The notes beneath the pieces are model-generated. The model was not told the DNA's origin and made no database searches. It worked only from the letters and a program-made list of their open reading frames with translations. A program made the position numbers and the translations under genes. Shown one piece after another: positions 27,058 through 41,539 of a DNA stretch of 64,000 nt. The DNA is from Chrysomallon squamiferum (lineage: Eukaryota > Animalia > Mollusca). Every line of letters begins with the position of its first letter. Positions within the stretch are counted from its first letter, which is position 1. The stretch is from NCBI GenBank assembly GCA_012295275.1, contig CM022679.1, positions 4,526,001-4,590,000 on the forward strand, read 5' to 3'.

Positions 27058-27887
27058 AGAAGATACTGCAGGAGAAGGGTGATGACCTGAAACACTTCTG
27101 GAAACATACACTTGATGTTGATATTCCAGAAATTAGCTTAGGCGATGTAAACTTTCAGAGAGAAGTGACATTTGAAACATTTGGAAAAGAAAAGGTAACT
27201 CTGACACGTGATGTTTATGAAGCTCTTCAACGACTGTCCATGTCAACTGGCTTGAGCATGTTCAAGCTGCTGGCCTCAGCTTATCAACTACTACTCCATC
27301 TGACATCCGGTGAAGCCGTTGTCGTTCTTCTAGCTGCAGTCGACGTCAAGCAGTACATTGGAAGCGTCAGTCACGCCGTGGGGAGGGGAGCAAATCTCAT
27401 TCCTTTGTTAGCCACGTTTTCGTCCGATGACGTTAGCTGCGGCGACTTTCTCAAGACCAACGAAACTTCAATTCAGACGTCATTAGATCACTGCTTGTGT
27501 CCACTGGATGTCATCGAGGATCTTGTCAGCGCTGAGAAATTCAGAAACATTACTAGAAATAAGATAGTCATGGTCGAACATGACTTTTACGGATCTTTGT
27601 CACAGCTGGGAAAGGAAAAAGACTATAAATTTGATGTCACCAGAGCCGAGGACATGGGGACTCATGCAGAGGCCCAGCTCAGTTTGTGGAATAGTCCAAA
27701 AGAAAAGAAAATGACACTTGAACTGACGTACAACACAAATGTTATATCCTCCAAACGCGCTGAAACAGTGATGCGCGCTCTTAGAGACATTGTTATTAAA
27801 ATTGGCAACGACGTCAGTCTCACGACTTCAAGTTTGCGGAATATAGGAAGCGTTGAAGAGATCAACTCACTCGATGCTTATCTGTAG
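27058..27887 (+). CDS. 3' end (condensation-like domain) of a second PKS copy, truncated by the gap
   Basis: Open frame collinear with 53799-54628 (offset 26741), ending [10 protein letters not shown], with scattered substitutions. Confidence 0.85.
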
Positions 27888-29365
27888 GAATGAAAAAAGA
27901 AAAAAGAAACAAAATGAAATAGTCTTCTCTGATAGGATCGAACAGTTACGTCAATGAATGATTAAAACATCGATCCCAGACGCAATCATAAAAAACAATA
28001 ATTAAATTTCACTTTGTGTCATTATTATCCCTTTTCCTAATGATTAGGTTGTAGTCATAATAATTTAAAATGTTAGCTGTAATTGGCATGAAAAATGTAA
28101 TTGCGTAGGCCTAATTTGTTGCTAGCAAGGTCAAATCATAGTACCCAACAAAAACAAAAAAAAAAAAAAAAAGAAAAAAAAAGAAATATATATACATCTT
28201 ATATGTTTTATGTAAAAATCTGGTAATCATTGCACAATACAGTATAACATATATGTAGAGAATAATGTGTATAAAAATATAATTTTCTTAAATATATATA
28301 TGGTATATAGTCATGTGATTTAATTCGTATAAAATGAATAACCAATCGAAATTCAACATTTTGCCGGATATGTTATTTACAAACTTGGTAATGTATATTT
28401 ACTTTTCTACTATTGTTGTTATTGATAATATTAGTAGTATCAATATTAATATTAAAACTACTACTACTACACTGTCGACTATTGTTACGATTATCACCAT
28501 CTTTACTATCATCACTTTGTATTATCCCATTGTACATATGTATAAATCCTTACGTGATATTTGCAAATATCGTGTATACAAATACTGTATATGTAAAGAA
28601 TATTTTTCACATCTTAAAACTGTGCTGAATTTTTTCAAGCGATAGAAATGTTTCTTGTTCCATTTTTTTTTTTTTTTTTTTTTTTTAGTTACGATACGTG
28701 TGTATATTAATTGTCATTTTCAGTTCTTAATACTAAATTTTTCTAATCCATGTTCAGTTTTTAACGATGGTTTTAATTTTCAATCATTCATGAATACTGA
28801 ATTTCATGTACATACTCTATTAATATATCTTTTGTTATTACTAAATATTTACCGAGTGTTAGTCATTTTTATCCGCTCATTCGTAACACTGACAATTACC
28901 TACTTTAATTTCTTTACTGCTGAATATTGTCATCATTTTATATTTTCAGATTTAGTGATAAATATTTGCACATATCACATTTTCATAAGATTTCTACTAT
29001 GTATTTCAACACAATACATTAATACACCCTCGAATTGAATACTGACAATATATTTTCCTAATATTTTCCTAATATTAAAATTTTACTTCATAGTATAGAA
29101 CATAACAATACATAATGCATTCAGTTTCTATGTATTTTCCATATGCAAATATTTTTCCCGCATTACATTTTCAGTATATTTTCAGAATATTTTCAGTTCA
29201 TAATAATAATTTTTCTTCATGTCTTTTTTCATACATTACCTTTTCCGTTCACTTTTATGGAAATTTAGAAGAAAAAAAGGAGAAAAAATTGTTAATTTAT
29301 ACACGTAATTATAATGTGACCTTGCTTGCATTAAACTGACTAGAGAGAGATTTAATAAAAATGAC

Positions 29366-29417
<52 letters not shown>

Positions 29418-29731
29418 CATCATTATTAGTATTATCATTATCATTATTATTATTATCATTATTATTATTATTATTATTATCATTATTATTATTACTATTA
29501 TAAAAAAATATATTTAAATAGTATTCTTGCAATAAGTGCAGAATTTGAAATAAATTTATACATCATTTTCAACATTATTTAGTAGAAATCAAAGGCTTTT
29601 TTATCTCATTTTTTCCCATATTTTGTAGAAATCAAAGGCTTTTTTGATCTCATTTTTTTAAATATATTTATTTATTATTATTTTTTTAGGACACTGTTTT
29701 CTAAACTTCGTACATTCATTATTATCATTTC

Positions 29732-29769
<38 letters not shown>

Positions 29770-29859
29770 TTTTAATTTTTTTTAATTTTTTTTTTTTTTA
29801 GAACACTATTTTAATATTTATAATTTATTTATTATTATTACTATCACTATTACTGTTGA

Positions 29860-29911
<52 letters not shown>

Positions 29912-30205
29912 GGTATTCCATTTCACTTTTGGAAAAAACCGTATATAATTTCTTATATTTTATATTTATTTTTATTTTATCATGTTGGATTTTATCATGC
30001 ACTAGATATATACATTATTTTATATATAAATAATAATGTTTGTTTTTTTTCACACTGTAATGTTTTGCCACTTTCTGTTACAGCGTGTCATTTTGTTACT
30101 TCACAGAGTATTTGAAGTTTAGTTATATAAATTAGAAATATTTTTTCTTGTCTTTTTTCAAATAATATTGTCTTTATATTCAAATATATATATAAGGACT
30201 TTTGA

Positions 30206-30263
<58 letters not shown>

Positions 30264-31189
30264 GTATTCTTTGTACAAACATATATATAATACTTATAAT
30301 CACATTATACTAATTTTGTAACATTATACGTATATTGGAGTAGCGATGCAAACGTAATGAAATATGTTTTGAATTAATTTTGAAAATAACGTTCTGCTGT
30401 GTCCGATTCTAGACGATAACCATGCTGAGAAATAAAAATATTCAGGCACGTAATAAACAAGAAAACAATCGTTATGTTTGCTAACAATTATATATATGTT
30501 AGCCATATACTTAATTATTATCTCTAATTGGAGAAAATATTATTTTCTTGAGTGCTCAGTATTTCTATTAAATTAGATTTATGCAGTTGTCATACAAAAA
30601 TTAAATTAATGAATCAATATATGTTTTTAACTTTATTTTTAATATATATTTTAATTTTATTTTAATTATATATTTATGTATTATTAATATTTTTATTTTT
30701 TAACAGATTTAATATAGAATATAGTGTACCAAACATTTCATGGAAAATAATGGGGGAAAAAATGGGAAAGTAGCTTGATGATTTGATACTTAAACAGAAT
30801 TATAAAGAACAAGCTCATGGTTTATATACACCTCTACGTAACAACAGTACGAAAGCAATGCTTGTATTTCAAAAAAAAAAAATTGTTGTTGTTGTTTTAT
30901 GAAAATTGATTAACGATATTTCTCAGCAAAAAGTAGTAGTGGGTTCAGTTTTGTAAGAAATAAAGTTTATATTAACTGGATTTGCTGAACTAAATCTCAA
31001 TCAGAATTAATCTAATATTCAGTGTAATTCACAATTAAGTGCAGTAAATACATAGCTTATTACAAATAATCCCTTCAAAGTCAATTATTAACTAAGCTTG
31101 TTTTAATATATAAAATTATTTTAATATTGTGTTCCTACATTATAGCACTGAGGGAATAATTTGTAATGTTTGTTCTTGTTTTGTTTTTT

Positions 31190-31236
<47 letters not shown>

Positions 31237-31885
31237 TTTGTTTGTTTGTTTCTTTCTTTCTTTTGTTTTATTTGGTATTTGCGGGGGTGTATTGGGTTTT
31301 TGTTTTGTAATTTAATGCTAGACATATTCAGATATAATATGGGTTACTGAGACATATATTCAGTTAATTTTCAAATTTATAAAATCAAATTATTCCCTAT
31401 TTTGAGTTCTACTAACAGGAAAGTATATTATCCAGCTAGTGTATTATTTTAATATATGTGTTATTCAGATAAATATTACCTTATTAAAAGAATAAATAAC
31501 TGTATTAGACTTTTTGCTGTTGTTGTTTTTAAATTTATTTTTTATTTTTAACCTAACCACCGTTATTTACAGTTTTATACACTAAATAATTAATTTCGAA
31601 AATGAATAAAAATTAAAGTTTAAAATCGTATTTTGTTGACCGTCGTAGTTGTGTGTATGTGTGTCCATATATTTCTGTTTGGGTGTAAATGTGATTTGTG
31701 AGTTTATATATTTGTATGTATGTACGAATACATTTTTTTTTTTATTTTGCTTCAAAAAAAAATAAACAAACAAATAAAAATATAAAAGACAAGCACACCA
31801 GTTCAAGCACAGGTTTATTATTTACTATTTATTACAAACACTGAAATCTCACAACAGGTGAACAAAGAAAAACATGAACAGTTTG

Positions 31886-31985
31886 TTAGAAGACAGGACA
31901 TTTGTTAGCGGGATTCATTGTCGAGTACAATCGACATCTGTGGACGATAAGTGGACGGAAATTCTTCAGGGTTTCGTTGATTCAG
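31886..31985 (-). pseudogene. Relic of M13 peptidase terminal exon
   Basis: INETLKNFRPLIVHRCRLYSTMNPANKCPVF*; the acceptor is mutated; homologous to 41289-41385. Confidence 0.7.
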
Positions 31986-33184
31986 GAAATAGAAAGGAAA
32001 TAATAACTGACTGAATGAACAAAAAAGAAATGCTATATGAATGAATGAAGAAAATGAACGAATGAATTAATCAATAAATAGATGATAGAATGATTAAATG
32101 AACATATAAGTCAATGAATGAATGAGAAAACAAAGAAAGAGTTATTGATAAAAATAATAATAATGTGAAGGAATAAATGAACCAGTAAATAATGGTTTTA
32201 TACATATTTTCATAGACAGTACAGCCGAAAGTGAAGCTTTTAAGTAGCATTGTATCATACACACACACACACACATACACACACACACACATATATGTAT
32301 ATATCACATTATATGTATGGAACTATTAATACTTTTTGAACAGTTTGCAGATTACCGTATGTATAGTGTATAAGTGTGGCTTTATATATATAGCTGATAA
32401 TATTTTTAAGAGTTACACTCAGCATGTTATTAGCCAGGGTGTGTATGAAAAGAATATTTTGTTGTTTATTTATTTCATATTTTTTTCGGGGGGTACTGTT
32501 GTTTGTGTATGTGAATACACTACATCCTTGAACTAAAATAAAACTGAACTAATTTGCAAGTTTAATAAAATAAAAATCTCTGATCTCTCACAGTTTTATA
32601 AGTACGCTTGATTAAGATTTCTGACAAACGACTTGATTTCAAACCAGGAAGAGGCGAAACGATAAAGCTTATCATTCAACTTGAAATATCTTTAATATAT
32701 GATGTATTTAAATCTCATTTCTGTGTGCATACGTGCTTTGGAGAGACACACCCTCGACAGGGTCAATAACGACAATTTATTTTTCCAGATACGTCGACAT
32801 CAGCTATCAATCTAATAATTCTGGCTGACTTCACGGAGGATACCCGGATACTTTTTTTCTCCTGACAAAAACTTAGAGGTGTATTTTCATTGGCTCAAAT
32901 ATTTTTTCTTCCCTTTCGTTTCTTTGTTGGTGGGTTTTTTTGTTTTTTTTTTTTGTTATTGTTGTTGTTTTCATACATCATACACTTCAAATCAGTAACG
33001 GATAATAACTGGAAAACTTAGCAATACATAATAAATTAAACAAACAAACAAAAAAACAAACAAACAAACCCAAACACGTAAATAAAATACAAGCTCACCA
33101 GTTCAAGCACAGGTTTATTATTTATTAATTATTACAGACACTGAAATCTCACAACAAGTCAACAAAATAAATAATAATATGAAC

Positions 33185-33250
33185 AGTTTGTCAGGAAGAT
33201 AGCAGGACTCATTTTAGAGTGCAGTCGGCATCTGAAGGCGTCGGTAAATA
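33185..33250 (-). pseudogene. Deleted relic of M13 peptidase terminal exon
   Basis: FTDAFRCRLHSKM... Confidence 0.6.
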
Positions 33251-34575
33251 GAAGAAATGAATGAATGAATGAAACAAAAAGAATAATGAATGAACAAAGA
33301 AAATGAACGAATGAATTAGTCAAGAAATAAATGATAGAATGATTGAATGAATAGATAAGTGAATGAATGAATGAATGAATGAATGAGAAAAAACAACAAA
33401 AGAATCTGTTTCTGACCGAATATAAAAAAAAATAATAATATGAATGAGTGAATGAACGAGTCAGTAATAGCTTTATATATATATTCATAGACAGTACAGC
33501 CGAAAATGAACCTTTTAACAAGCACTATATCTAATCATTATAGAACGACAACAACACCAGTAACAACAACAACAACAATAATGATAACAAAAAATATAAG
33601 AATGAAAATTAATTAACTATACTAATTTTATTAGTTTTTTAATAGTGTTACTCTAGTTTAATATTTTCTATTCAGCTCACAATAATAAAATACTGAATTT
33701 ATTGTTAAAACGCACAAATGCGGAGATTGTACTGAAAAGATATAATAAAAAGAGTAGACCAAGCGTATCTGCGATATGTTCACATTCGAGTTTCAAAATA
33801 AACAAACAAACAAACAAACAAATAAACAAATAAATATATAAATAATGCCATTGGTGGGGTGGGAAAAGAGGCGTTGCTGGTTTATGTTCCCCAGAGAATC
33901 TGTTGGTCTGTTCATTGTGGCTGAATACACAACATCCTTGAACTAAAATATAACTGAAATAATTTACAAGTTTAGTCAATATCTCTGATGACAATTGCGT
34001 AATTAAGCTTTACTAAGATTTCTGAGAAACAACGTGACTTTAAACCTTAACATACAACTCGAAATGTATTGAGGTGCTTAATGTATGACATATGTCAATC
34101 TCATCTACTTGTGCATTCGTGCGTTACAGACACACCCACGATCGAATCGGTAATGACAGTGTACACGTCGACATCAAATATCTAGTAAAGAAGTTAGCCA
34201 GCAGATATATACAATGCAAATAAACACATAGTTATAAACACGTGAATAAGTCACCACATATTTGTTATTTTAAGTCCAGTTAGTTTTAAATGAGTGTGTG
34301 CAATTGTTCAGTGTATTACCTATAATACATTCAGTGCTAGTAATATATACATCTCTAAATAAGTTTATATCAGTTTTCAAGTTAATACGTGAGGTGCTAT
34401 TCATGCGCAAGCAACATATATATACGGTAATCTGTAAACTGTTCACACAGAGATATATACACAGTGACATTCTTACACACATACACACAGACATACACGA
34501 ATAGAAACTAATATAACACATACATACACCAACATAAATACACACTATATATACAGGTGACGGAAAATAATCAAA

Positions 34576-34620
<45 letters not shown>

Positions 34621-34773
34621 GGATTTGTGAATAATTCAACATATATAGACAGAGAGAGTTAACAATATTATTAGCCAGGGTGTGTGTAAAAAGAATATTA
34701 GGTGTTTTATGGGGGGTTTGTTTTTGTTTTAATTTGTTTGTGTGTGTGTTCGTACGTATGTGCATGGGTGTGT

Positions 34774-35403
34774 ATGTTCAAGCTGCTGGCCTCAGCTTAT
34801 CAACTACTACTCCATCTGACATCCGGTGAAGCCGTTGTCGTTCTTCTAGCTACAGTCGATGTCAGACAGGTCATTGGAAGCGTCAGTCACGCCGTGGGGA
34901 GGGGATCAAATTTTATTCCGTTGTTAGCCACGTTTTCGTCCGATGACGTTAGCTTCGGCGACTTTGTCAAGAGGAACGAAACTTCAATTCAGACGTCATT
35001 AGATCACTGCTTGTGTCCACTGGATGTCATCGAGGATCTTGTCAGCGCTGAGAAATTCAGAAACATTACTAGAAATGAGATAATCATGGTCGAAGATGAC
35101 TTTTCCGTATCTCTGACACAGCTGGGAAAGGAAACAGGTTGTAAATTTGATATCACAAGAGCAGAGGACATGGGGTGTCGTTCAGAGATTCAGTTGAGTT
35201 TGTGGAATAGTCCAAAAGAAAAGTAAATGACACTTGAACTGACGTACAACACAAACCGTACATCTCCTAACCGTGCCAAAACAGTTATAAGGGCTCTTAA
35301 AGACATTGTTATTAAAATTGCCAACGACGTTTCTCTCACAATTGCAAGTCTGCGGAGCATAGGAAGCTTTGAAGAGATCAACTCACACGATGCTTATCTG
35401 TAG
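34774..35403 (+). pseudogene. 5'-truncated PKS C-domain pseudogene fragment
   Basis: Homology starts abruptly at [10 protein letters not shown] after a (GT)-rich tract. There is a premature TAA at 35224-35226, and homology continues to the ancestral stop. Confidence 0.88.
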
Positions 35404-35854
35404 AGAAGAAAATGAAAAAAGAAAATGAAATAGTCTTCTCTGATACGATCGAACAGTTTTATCACTGAAAGACTAAAACGTAGATCCCAGAGGACATAAT
35501 ATTTAAATTTGACTTCGTGCCAATGTGTAATGTTATAAAATTACAGAATCACTAGGTAGTAATTAGTATAATTTATCGTTACCTCTGTAATTGGGATGAA
35601 AAATGTAATTGTGTAGGGCTAATTTGATGCAGGCAAGGTCAATTCGTAATACTGACGTAATACTGTTATATGATTTATGTGAAAATATGGTAATCATTGC
35701 AAAATGAAGTATTATATTTTTGTAGAAGTATTATATTTCCATAAAAAGATAAATATTTATTATAAACAGGTATATAGTAATGTAATTTAATTGTTTTATT
35801 TAGTATTTTCTAAAAAATGTTATTCTTAATAAAAGAATGACCAATGGAAATTCA

Positions 35855-35917
<63 letters not shown>

Positions 35918-36898
35918 GCATTCCTTTTATATCGGACATGATATGTACAGACGTTCCAATTTATATTCACTTTTCTATTTTTATTATTATTATTAGTAGT
36001 ATTAGTATGAACATTAAATTGAGTACTACTACTATTATTTTTTCTACTATTATTACGATTATCAGCTTCTTTATCATTATCAGTTTGGATTATTCATTCC
36101 ATTGTACATTGTAAGATTTTCTTACTATCATTTTTCATACATCAATTTGGATTATTCATTCTATTGTACATATCTATAAATTCTTTCGTGAAATTGTAAA
36201 TATCGGCTATACAAATACCGTATTTGTAAAGAATATTTTTCATATCTCAAAATTGTGCTGATTTTGTTCAAGCGATGTAAGAGTTTTTCTTTTTTCTTTT
36301 TTCCATTTATTTATTCTAGTTATGAATTTTTGAAGACGATTTTTATTTTCAGTTTATTCATGAATACTGAATATCATGTACGTGTTCTATTAATATAGTT
36401 GTTTTTAGTCAGTGCTAAATATTTACCGTGGGTTAGTCATTTTTAACCGCATATACATAATCTTGAATATTATCAGTTTCAGATTTTTTACTACTGAATA
36501 ATGTCCTCATTTTATATTTTCATATTTTCAAATATCAGCATGGGTCACATTTCTGCTGAGTATTTCAAAAGAATACATTAATACATCCAACGAATTGAAT
36601 ACTGACAATATATTTTCCAAATATTAAATTTTTTCTTCGTAGTATTGAACATTAACAACACATTACGTTTTCAATTTCCATGTACTGAATATTTTCACAC
36701 ATTATATTTTCAGTTCGCGGTACTCAGGATTAACAACACATTATATTATTCATATGCAGATATTTTTGCCGCATTATATTTTCTGTTCGAATTACTAAAC
36801 ATTAATAATATATTATATTAATGAATATTTTGAGTCCATAATAATAATTTTTCTTAATATCATTTTTCAAACATTACTTTTTCAGTTCCCTACAACGG

Positions 36899-36929
<31 letters not shown>

Positions 36930-37107
36930 CAATGTGTGTGTGTGTATATATATATATATATAGTATTCCTTTAGTACATGTAATTATAACCTGACCTTGC
37001 TTGCATTAAAATGATGACGTCACTGGGGAATACATGAAATACAGAAGAAAAGTAAATAATAACATAAAAAAAAGTATACATTTAACGAAACAGAGAGAGA
37101 CAGAGAG

Positions 37108-37195
<88 letters not shown>

Positions 37196-37521
37196 AAAAA
37201 AAATTTTTAAATAGTTTCATTACAGTAGGTGCAGAATTTCAATCAATTATATACATCATTTTCAACATTATTTAGTTGAAATCAATGACATTTTGGTTTA
37301 TTTATTTATTTATTTATTTTTATTTTTTTAAGAGCACTGTTTTTTATTTCATCAAGTTGGATGTTATCATTCACTAGATATATAAATGTTTTTATGTGTA
37401 AATAATGATGGGGTTTTGTCACAGTGAAATTTTTGTGACATCTTCTGTTGAAAATTCTGCTTTGTAAATTTTCGTATTTTTATAATTTTTTTATTGGTTA
37501 TTTTTTTGTTATTTTACTTTC

Positions 37522-37568
<47 letters not shown>

Positions 37569-37590
37569 TTATTACTTTTATTATTATTAA

Positions 37591-37636
<46 letters not shown>

Positions 37637-37689
37637 TTAATAATTGTTTATATTCAAACGCATATAAGGATTTTTAATTGTGTTAGAAA

Positions 37690-37740
<51 letters not shown>

Positions 37741-38512
37741 TTTTTTTTTTTTTTTTTTTAGGTTTAATATAGAATATATAGCACGAAATATTTTATACAA
37801 AATAGCTGGATGATTTGATACTAAAACAGAATTATAAAGGACAATCCTATGGTTTATATAAACGATATAACGTAACAACAATATGAAAGCAATGCTTCTA
37901 TTTCCTGATTTTTTTATTGTATTTGTTTTAGTATTATTCTTCTTTTTAAAGAAATTTGATTAACAATATTTCTCAGCAAAAAGTAGTAGTGAGTTGAGTA
38001 CTGTATGAAATAAAGTTTATATTAACTGGATTTACTGAACTTAATGTAATGCTTAACATTTTCAGATATAATTTTGTTTATTGACCCATATATTCAGAAA
38101 ATTTTGAAATGTATTATATCAAATTTTTGAGTTCTAATAACAGGAAAATATATTACCGATTTGTTGTATTCTATAATATATGTATTATTCAAATAATTAT
38201 TACCTATTAGAAGAATAAATATGTTTTTATTGGTTTTATTCTTTTTCCATTTATTTATTTATTTATATTCTTTATATTGTTTTCTTTTTCTTTTTATTTG
38301 TTTTCATTTTATTAATATACTTTTTCTTTTACATTTTTTTGTTATATTTTAGTTGTTTTTCTTGTTGTTTTGATTTGGGGTTGTTTTTTCTTTTCATTTT
38401 TTTAAATTTCTCATAGGTTTTTTTTTATTTTTATTTTTATTATTATTTTTTTTTTTTAGTTTAATATCGGGGTATTCTTTTAATTTATATACGTTTTTTT
38501 TTTTTTTCTTTT

Positions 38513-38571
<59 letters not shown>

Positions 38572-39024
38572 TTTTTTTTATTTTTTTTTTTTTTTTTTTT
38601 TTTTCTGTTTTTGTTTGTCAACGGTTTTTTAATTTTTATTCCCCATTTTTTAATTTTGACTTTTTTTTATTATTATTTTTTTTTTATTATTATTTTTTTT
38701 TTTTTTTTTTTTTATATAGTTTAATTGTTTTTCTTGCTGTTTTGTTTCGGGTTTTTGGAGTTTTGTTTTGGGATTATTATTATCATTATTAATTTTTTTT
38801 TTTTTTTCCTTTACATGTTCAGATATTATTATACTAATGGAACCATATATCCAGAAAATTTTGAAGTTTCTTAAATCAAGTTATTTTAACAGGAAATTAT
38901 ATTACCGAGCTGTGGTAATTTTTTAATATATAAGTATTACCTTATTAAAATTATAAATACCTATATTAGATCTTTTTCTGGCTTTTTCTTGTTTCCTTTT
39001 CTTCTTCTTCTTTTTTTTTTTTAA

Positions 39025-39059
<35 letters not shown>

Positions 39060-39549
39060 ATATTTTTATTTAATTGTAAAACTGCACGTCTATACCTAAA
39101 CACAGTTAACAGTTATGAATAGAATACCTCACTTCTGGTTGTAATCAAATATTTTCATATTCATTTATCAAATTAATCTTTTTATACAGTAAATCACTCT
39201 TTTCGAAAATGAATAAAAGTTAAAAGTTTAAAACCTTATTTCGTTCATCTTTCTAGACTTTTTGTATATATGTGTGTGTCTGTGTGTGTTCGTGTATATG
39301 TCTGTGTGCATGTGCATTTTTATTTATGTAGGATATGTGTGCAGAATATGTTTTACTAGCATCATATGTCTTTGAGAGCATCATACACTTCATATCAGTA
39401 ACGGATAATACCTGGAAAACTTAGCAACAAATAATAATAAAAAAACAACAACAACAAACAAACAAACATCAAACAATAACAAAAAAAAACCCAGTTCAAG
39501 CACAGGCTTATTATTTATTATTTTATTACAAACAAACATGAAGAGTTTG

Positions 39550-39612
39550 TTAGAAGACAGGACATTTGTTAGCGGGATTCATTGAAGACGTCGGTAAATG
39601 GACGGAAATCAA
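39550..39612 (-). pseudogene. Relic of M13 peptidase terminal exon
   Basis: ...SMNPANKCPVF*. Confidence 0.6.
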
Positions 39613-39985
39613 TGAATGATGAGGAAACGGAACGGATAAATTAGTCAATAAATAAATGATAGAATGACTGAATGAATAGATGCGCGAATGAATGAATGAG
39701 AAAACAAAACAAAAGAACGAGTCAATGATGAACAACAATATTATAATGTGAAGGAATGAAGGAACAACTAAATAATAGTTTTATATATGTTTTCAACGTA
39801 CCTCCACTACAACCATCATCATCATTACGATTATCATTACTACTGTTATTTTTATTTTCATCAGCATCAGCATCATCATCATTCATATTATTATTACAGT
39901 TTTTATTGCTGTTGTTGTTGTCGTCGTCTCTTCTTCTACGTTCAACGTTGTCGTTAATAATTTACGTATATGTTTTATTAATCAG

Positions 39986-41035
39986 GCTGATGGAGAAAAG
40001 AATGAGAACTGGAAAGATCATCTTGCTTTAAAAGTTTCTTATCAGGTAAATATAATTTTTTTTATTTATATTCAGACAAAACGGATTGATGAACGAACGT
40101 AAGTACGGACAGAAACATAGGTGTTTCATTATTTACGTTCAGATTCACTTCGTGTTTATTAAAAATTAATTAAATATGTTTTCAGAGTTGGTTTATCGAT
40201 AACAGAAGAAAGAAAAGAGCGACAGTTATTCCCGGTCTAACACAAAACGAGAAACAGTTATTTTTTATTCTCAGTGCGCAGGTAATTTAATTACACGCAG
40301 GCGTTCATAGAATGCAGAGTTGTCTCCCTTCAGAAATCTCTCATTTTAACTGCGTCATTAATTTCCTTGTCTTTTTCTTCTTTTTAATCTTTCTTCTTCA
40401 TTTAATTTGTTTCATCATCTTTTACTTTTTGTAACGGCTTGTCTTTCTTGTACTGTTCTAATTATTCTCTTTTACAATTTTTTGTTTAATTTCTTTTTTT
40501 GTAACCGTCGTCAGTAACATCGTCGTAACTGTCGTCATAATCATCATCATTCACACAATCATCGTCATTCACTCGATTATCATCGTTATCATTTTCCACT
40601 TCTTTTTCTGAGCAGAGATGTACATTTTTTTACTCTAATCATTTTATTAATTTTATAAAACGTTGTTACGTTCGATATAATTACTCATTATGAAATATAT
40701 TCATTGAAATGTGTTTGGTTATTACATCAGTTCTTTTCAAGAGATTATTAGAAATATGGAGATTATTTCAGCAGCGTCTTTAGGATTTTATCAGTTTTAA
40801 GAATAGCGCATAACATATTAGTTTCATTTTTATATTATACAAATGTTTTTATTTTATTTTATTATTATTTTTTTTACTTTTTCAGACTATGTGTGAGAAA
40901 ACTAATGACAGAGGAATTAAGAAGTATTATATTCAGGATGAAAGTCAGTTATCTCCCCCTAATAAATATAGGTACGATATTCTTTTATTATAATTTATCT
41001 CTTTTTTTAATAATGTTTTTTTTTTCTTTTCTTCT

Positions 41036-41131
<96 letters not shown>

Positions 41132-41385
41132 GTTATTGTTGTTATAATAACGTTTTGATCCAGGTTTGTTTAAACAGTTTCACCTTCGGTTGTCCTGTCT
41201 ATGAAAAAAAAAAATATGCAAAAACTTTACTCACTCATTCATTCATTCATCCTTTCATTCGTTTATTATATTCTTCTTTCCTTTCCAGAGTCAACGGAGC
41301 CCTGATGAATTTCCGTCCATTTACCGACGCCTTCAGATGTCGACTGCACTCTACAATGAATCCCGCTAACAAATGTCCTATCTTC
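39986..41385 (+). pseudogene. Neprilysin/ECE (peptidase M13)-like C-terminal gene fragment, 4 exons
   Basis: Exons 39986-40045 (ADGEKNENWKDHLALKVSYQ), 40186-40281 (SWFIDNRRKKRATVIPGLTQNEKQLFFILSAQ), 40886-40971 (TMCEKTNDRGIKKYYIQDESQLSPPNKYR) and 41289-41385 (VNGALMNFRPFTDAFRCRLHSTMNPANKCPIF) have GT-AG sites in compatible phase. They match M13 ENxxD, PGL..xQLFF..AQ.xC and RV.G.L.N...F..AF.C...S.MNP..KC motifs. No upstream HExxH exons are seen and the native stop is lost. Confidence 0.78.
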
Positions 41386-41406
41386 TTTATTTATCTATTT
41401 ATGTTT

Positions 41407-41466
<60 letters not shown>

Positions 41467-41539
41467 TGTTAATTTATTCTGTTATGAACTGTTTAATGGT
41501 ACGAAATAAAAGTTTACATAACAATAACAGGCGTGCTGA

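Larger units (their letters stand above)
27058..36750 (+). repeat. Segmental duplication unit 1, matching 53799-64000
   Basis: Near-identical coding, 3' flank and intergenic sequence over about 10 kb; the offset grows from 26.7 to 27.25 kb. Confidence 0.93.

Noticed and set aside
26718-27111. ORFs spanning the N run, and physical linkage of the tetraspan gene to the PKS
   Set aside because: These ORFs are gap artefacts, and the distance across the gap is unknown.
34702-35226. Stand-alone expressed C-domain protein (also 61958-62482)
   Set aside because: It lacks the N-lobe with the active-site motif, the ORF start lies in GT-rich repeat sequence, and it has a premature stop.
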